Assembly (NCBI RefSeq): GCF_000014265.1
Contig: NC_008312.1
Location: forward strand, 7,590,001-7,622,000
Reading direction: 5' to 3'
Source: Trichodesmium erythraeum IMS101
GTDB taxonomy: Bacteria; Cyanobacteriota; Cyanobacteriia; Cyanobacteriales; Microcoleaceae
DNA length: 32,000 nt
Positions 27,415-32,000 of the stretch are shown here, piece after piece. Numbering within the stretch: the stretch's first letter is position 1; every line of letters starts with the position of its first letter. Under the pieces are notes generated by a model. That model did not search any database. It had not been told where the DNA came from and saw only the letters and a program-made list of their open reading frames with translations. The translations under genes were made by a program, and so were the position numbers.

Positions 27415-30400
27415 CTAGCTATTTTCTAATCCCTGCAATTTCTTTTTTGCCCAGTGGCGTAGTTGTTCGTCTGGGTCGTTTGCGACTCTGTCTTGTAATA
27501 GTGGGAGAATTTGCGGATGGTCTGGATATTGTTTGACTATTGCCGCTAGTACAATTTGTCGAGGGTTCTTATCCAAATATTCTTCACGTTGAAAGGGGTC
27601 ATTGAGAGCGATGTGATAAAACAGCTCAAAAATTCCCGGTTCATGTTTCCAACCAGTAACTATTTGTCGCACTGCTTCACCTCGCACAGTGGAACTATGA
27701 TCAGAGCTCACCCTTTCCTTGAGTAAATCTAAAATTCCCGGTTCATGTTTCCAACCAGTAACTATTTGTCGCAGTGCTTCACCTCGCACAGTGGAACTAT
27801 GATCAGAGCTCATCCTTTCCTTGAGTAAATCTAAAATTCCCGGTTCATCTTTCCAACCCGCAGCTATTTGTCGCAGTGCTTCACGTCGCACAGTAGAACT
27901 ATGATCAGAGCTCACCCTTTCCTTGAGTAAATCTAAAATTCCCGGTTCATCTTTCCAACCAGTAACTATTTGTCGCAGTGCTTCACGTCGCACAGTAGAA
28001 CTATGATCAGAGCTCACCCTTTCCTTGAGTAAATCTAAAATTCCCGGTTCATCTTTCCAACCAGTAACTATTTGTCGCAGTGCTTCATGTCGCACAGTGG
28101 AACTATTATCAGAGTCTACCCATTGTTTGAGTAAACCAAAAGTTCCCCGCTGATGTTTCCAACCAGTAGCTATTTGTCGCACCGCTTCACGTCGCACATC
28201 CCAATTTTTATCAGACTCTACCCTTTGTTTGAGTAAATCAAAAATTCCTGGCTGATGTTTCCAACCAGCAGCTATTTGTCGCGCTGCTTCACGTCGTACA
28301 TTTGGGTCATCATCAGACTCTACCCTTTGTTTGAGTAAATCAAAAATTATCGGCTGATATTTCCAACCAGTAGCTATTTGTCGCAGGGCTTCAACCCTCA
28401 CATACCAGTCATCATCAGATACCAGCCTTTGTTTGAGTAAATCAAAAATTCCCGGCTGATGTTTCCAACCAGTAGCTATTTGTCGCACTGCTTCACGTCG
28501 CACATCCCAATTTTTATCAGATACTACCCTTTGTTTGAGCAAATCAAAAATTCCCGGCTGATGTTTCCAACCAGTAGCTATTTGTCGCACTGCTTCACGT
28601 CGCACATCTGGGTCATCATCAGAGACTACCCATTGTTTAAGTAAATCAAAAATTCCCGGCTGATGTTTCCAACCAGTAGCTATTTGTCGCACTGCTTCAC
28701 GTCGCACATCCCAATTCTCATCAGACTCTACTCTTTGTTTGAGTAAATCAAAAATTTCCGGCTGATGTTTCCAACCAGTAGCTATTTGTCGCAGGGCTTC
28801 ACGTCGCACATCCGAATTTTCATCAGAGAATACCCATTGTTTAAGTAAATCAAAAATTTCCGGCTGATGTTTCCAACCAGTAGCTATTTGTCGCACTGCT
28901 TCACGTCGCACATCCGAATTTTCATCAGAGAATACCCATTGTTTAAGTAAGTCAAAAATTTCCGGCTGATGCTTCCAACCAGTAGCTATTTGTCGCAGAG
29001 CTTCACGTCGCACATCCTGGTCATTCTCAGAGAATACCCATTGTTTAAGTAAGTCAAAAATTTCCGGCTGATGCTTCCAACCAGTAGCTATTTGTCGCAG
29101 AGCTTCACGTCGCACATCCTGGTCATTGTCAGAAGCTACCCTTTGTTTGAGCCAAGTATAGGTTAAACGCTCATCTCTCCAGGTTGTAGCTACTACTTGC
29201 ACAGCTTGAGTACGAATTTCATAAACTAAGGCTGCATTTTTCTGATAAATTTCTTTAGAATAATTGTCATATTCTTCATAAGAATAACCAAGGTCATACC
29301 CAGTCAAGTGTTTTAATTTATTTAATAACCGATATCCGATATCACTAAAACTAATATTCTGATTATTTCTGACTTCAAACAAACACTTACCAGCTAAAAA
29401 TAAATTCAGAAATTTTTTCTCTTCTCCATCTTGCTCCATTAAATAATAAATTATTTTTCTCGCAAACTTAGTATCTATCATCCCTACAATTAACCGCAAA
29501 ACTTCATGCCATTTTTCATCCTGCCAGTGCTGACCAAAAACTTCTTCTATAAGTCTGTCTGGAGACATTTTCTGTTCTTTTTCAAACAGCCAAACAAAAC
29601 TCCAAGCACAAAAATATTCTAAAAAAGTTCTATGCACAAAAGCATAATATTCTGCGCCAACAAAACACAAAATAAAATTGCGACTTCGCAACTGTTCCAT
29701 CAGGGCTCTAGCCACAGTTTTTGGATCATTAATATCTTCACTTTTTAGATAAGCTCTGATAATCTTTTCTAAATCATTTCCATGAATCAAATTACCAGCT
29801 AAACCTGCCTTATTTTCCTGCATAAAAAAAGCTACCTGACGCAAAATTGCTTGCTTATCTTTATAGTCAATAGTCATGGGGTTAAGATTCGCATCAATTA
29901 ATGCCCTTTCCATATCCCATTGCTGCAGTAAAATCCGGGAAGCTTGATGATAAAGTTCTGCTCTATCTCTGGGTAATTCTTGATGACGATTCAAAATAGC
30001 CATCATTGTTAATAACAAGGGATTTTCTGACAATTGCTTAATAGCTGAAGAATCTTTAATTGCCCGTTTTAACCTTTCTCTTTTCCGCTCCTTTTCTCGC
30101 TCATCTTGATAAGTCAAATCGTGCCAACGTTGAATAAAAGTTTCAATTTGTTCCGACTCCAAATCTTGCAATATAAAATGATAAAATTCTGCATCCCGGA
30201 GTTTTTGTGGCTTATAACCAATTACCCGAGAAGTAACAATAACTTGCACATTTTTATAGTCATTAGTAAACCTATGAATATCAGTAATTATCTGTTCTCT
30301 TTTGGCAAGCTCGAAAACTTCATCTAACCCATCAAACATCATAATTGCATTACCATTTTGCAATTTAGTATGAAGTTCTTCCTGAGGTAAATGGCAACTT

Positions 30401-31452
30401 ACACCACTACCTTTTTCCAAAAAATCTAGAAAACTATTACATTTATTCTCATTATGGTTGCGTACATAAGTCCGCAGTTCAATTAATAGAGGAATTGGGT
30501 TTAAAGATAAATCTTTCAGAGGTAATTCTGCCCATTGCAAAGCGATATATTGTAATAAAGTAGATTTACCAGAACCGGGGTCTCCCAGAATAACTAAATA
30601 TTTATAGTTGTTATATTCTATTAATTCTAAAACTGAGTGAGTCTGTTGCTCAAAATACCTACGCCGGACACTTTTCAGTTGTTCTTGAGAAAGTTCTGCT
30701 TCTAATTGTCTAGTGTCTCTTAATTTGGAGAGATATTCTTTAGGAATTTCATGTATTTGAGGCATAAATTCCTGAGATTCTCGGACATTTTGAGGAATAA
30801 ACATTTTCCATAATTTCAATTCATTATAACTATAACCACTGGTCTCTAAACTTTCTAATTTGAGATTTCCATATTGTTCTAGGATTCCTTCTTGATATTT
30901 TTTTAAGTCAAATTCTGGTCTGATTTTAATGTCTTTGTTTACAATCTCTTCCAGATTTTTTGAATCTAATATTGACCGTAGTTCTTGGGAATTTCGGATA
31001 ATATTTTTGACATTTCTCTGATGTTGCTTTGCTAGAAATTCCCAGTCAAAATTATCTGGTAAAGGTGGGTTTATTTGTTTCCATGAAATAGCCAGCTTGT
31101 GAGTATCTAAAATTTTGATTTTATTATCAAAAGCACTAATCAAAACCTCTAAAACAGATCCTTCTTTAATAAAAGATTTGAAATATTGAGAATACTTATT
31201 TAAGTCACTTTCACTCAATTCAGCATTTTCTAACTCTTGATATCCTAAGTCTAAAAAATCTTTAATTGCTTGTTTAGTAGCTTTTTTTAAAGGTTCTCCA
31301 TTTGCTATTCCACCAAAAGCATCAGAGAAACTTTGCTTAAAAAAATCTTTAACATAGTCTTCGGCAGCGCCCTTAGCTAATACTCCGACAACTTCATTCG
31401 CAATACATTTAACCGCTTCACTACTTCCCCAAGTAATTAACCATTCAATCAT
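27415..31452 (-). CDS. STAND NTPase: helical N-terminal domain - NACHT - helical/winged-helix region - ~15 HEAT-like 34-aa repeats
   Basis: 1345-aa ORF. Walker A is LVILGDPGSGKSTLLQYI and Walker B is AIMMFDGLDEV, with NACHT-type downstream motifs (VIVTSRVIGY, NPLLLTMMAIL). The C-terminal third is near-identical units of the form DVRREALRQIATGWKHQPEIFDLLKQWVFSxxxx. Confidence 0.9.
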   Translation of the reverse strand: MIEWLITWGSSEAVKCIANEVVGVLAKGAAEDYVKDFFKQSFSDAFGGIANGEPLKKATKQAIKDFLDLGYQELENAELSESDLNKYSQYFKSFIKEGSVLEVLISAFDNKIKILDTHKLAISWKQINPPLPDNFDWEFLAKQHQRNVKNIIRNSQELRSILDSKNLEEIVNKDIKIRPEFDLKKYQEGILEQYGNLKLESLETSGYSYNELKLWKMFIPQNVRESQEFMPQIHEIPKEYLSKLRDTRQLEAELSQEQLKSVRRRYFEQQTHSVLELIEYNNYKYLVILGDPGSGKSTLLQYIALQWAELPLKDLSLNPIPLLIELRTYVRNHNENKCNSFLDFLEKGSGVSCHLPQEELHTKLQNGNAIMMFDGLDEVFELAKREQIITDIHRFTNDYKNVQVIVTSRVIGYKPQKLRDAEFYHFILQDLESEQIETFIQRWHDLTYQDEREKERKRERLKRAIKDSSAIKQLSENPLLLTMMAILNRHQELPRDRAELYHQASRILLQQWDMERALIDANLNPMTIDYKDKQAILRQVAFFMQENKAGLAGNLIHGNDLEKIIRAYLKSEDINDPKTVARALMEQLRSRNFILCFVGAEYYAFVHRTFLEYFCAWSFVWLFEKEQKMSPDRLIEEVFGQHWQDEKWHEVLRLIVGMIDTKFARKIIYYLMEQDGEEKKFLNLFLAGKCLFEVRNNQNISFSDIGYRLLNKLKHLTGYDLGYSYEEYDNYSKEIYQKNAALVYEIRTQAVQVVATTWRDERLTYTWLKQRVASDNDQDVRREALRQIATGWKHQPEIFDLLKQWVFSENDQDVRREALRQIATGWKHQPEIFDLLKQWVFSDENSDVRREAVRQIATGWKHQPEIFDLLKQWVFSDENSDVRREALRQIATGWKHQPEIFDLLKQRVESDENWDVRREAVRQIATGWKHQPGIFDLLKQWVVSDDDPDVRREAVRQIATGWKHQPGIFDLLKQRVVSDKNWDVRREAVRQIATGWKHQPGIFDLLKQRLVSDDDWYVRVEALRQIATGWKYQPIIFDLLKQRVESDDDPNVRREAARQIAAGWKHQPGIFDLLKQRVESDKNWDVRREAVRQIATGWKHQRGTFGLLKQWVDSDNSSTVRHEALRQIVTGWKDEPGILDLLKERVSSDHSSTVRREALRQIVTGWKDEPGILDLLKERVSSDHSSTVRREALRQIAAGWKDEPGILDLLKERMSSDHSSTVRGEALRQIVTGWKHEPGILDLLKERVSSDHSSTVRGEAVRQIVTGWKHEPGIFELFYHIALNDPFQREEYLDKNPRQIVLAAIVKQYPDHPQILPLLQDRVANDPDEQLRHWAKKKLQGLENS
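27621..29150 (-). repeat. 15 tandem 102-bp coding repeats (34-aa HEAT-like units) inside the NACHT gene
   Basis: The 102-bp period is seen directly: ccaaccagtaactatttgtcgc recurs at about 27650, 27752, 27956, 28058. Neighbouring units are almost identical at DNA level. Differences concentrate in the codons for the 5 residues preceding VRRE. Confidence 0.9.
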
Positions 31453-32000
31453 AATTATTTAACATCATTGGTATAGTTATTATTAATTATAACCAAAAAT
31501 ATCTATTTGTAGTTACCCTTTAACATCAGTTTATTTAAGTAGTTCAGTGAGACTACTTGGACAAAAGAATTCATTAAACAGGTACATCTTAATCAGGTTA
31601 ACTGAAATGGTTTATACATAATTTTTCTAGTCTGATGCTATATTTCTATTCAGTTCCTCTTTTTTTCAATATTTACTCTAATTTCAGTTTTTCTTATTCT
31701 CTATTACGTTTATAATAAACATTTATAACCTTTGGTATAACAAAACTGAAATAGTGTATGATAAGAGGTTAGATATTCCTAAGTATTTTTGATGATTTAA
31801 ATTTTTATTTAAACATTTTATTGTAGCACATCTAGATTTATTTTGTGGGTAAGTTTCATGATTTAAGGTCTATTCCTCGACCCAACTCCAGGGAGGAGAG
31901 GGGAGAGATACTGTCCATACCCTAATAGGGAATGGGGTCTCAGGTCTAGGTCTTACTAGAATTTAAGCTAAGAGGTTTAACTACAATAATGAATGAAACA

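Noticed and set aside
28459-30327. Plus-strand ORFs 28459-28644 and 30106-30327
   Set aside because: They lie antisense inside the NACHT-HEAT gene. The first merely reflects the 102-bp repeat (the same peptide appears twice).
31860-31950. Locally GC/purine-rich patch (ccagggaggagaggggagagatactgtccataccctaatagggaatgggg) in the otherwise AT-rich region upstream of the NACHT gene
   Set aside because: I could not fold it into a tRNA, a riboswitch I know, or a convincing terminator. It is too close to the window edge to interpret. It is worth an Rfam scan, but I make no claim.
1-32000. tRNA, rRNA, tmRNA or RNase P genes
   Set aside because: By eye I found no cloverleaf-compatible segments, no GTTCGAATC-type T-arms and no rRNA-like conserved blocks. 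A tRNAscan/Infernal run would be needed for certainty.

Overview
AT-rich segment of a cyanobacterial genome, probably a filamentous Nostocales-like organism. Support: eight perfect HIP1 octamers (GCGATCGC), plus COP23, GUN4-domain, AAA_35/WD40 and NACHT/HEAT genes. All calls come from reading the sequence and ORF track; no searches were run. Ordinary content: a phytoene-desaturase-family oxidoreductase, a DUF1800/DUF1501 pair, a REC-PAS-GGDEF-EAL protein, a Gfo/Idh/MocA oxidoreductase and COP23. Accessory content: four separate protease- or NTPase-plus-repeat-sensor genes of the type found in NTPase-centred conflict/programmed-cell-death systems. These are (1) Trypco2-like protein + trypsin-GUN4 fusion, (2) exported trypsin-WD40, (3) AAA_35-TM-WD40, (4) NACHT-HEAT. 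They sit among two truncated IS630-like HTH ORFs, two copies of a ~113-bp hairpin (MITE-like) element and long ORF-free AT-rich gaps. The most unusual structure is at 4185-6368: a 2.2-kb non-coding array of 17 nearly identical 115-bp units plus a degenerate seed. Each unit carries a REP-like hairpin and a 13-bp palindrome. The array lies just downstream of the Trypco2/protease module and abuts a remnant resembling a REP-associated tyrosine transposase. The protease locus also shows recent turnover: a decayed 460-bp tandem duplicate of its 5' end and an in-frame TAG removing a 32-codon tail. No tRNA, rRNA, CRISPR array or cas genes were recognised.
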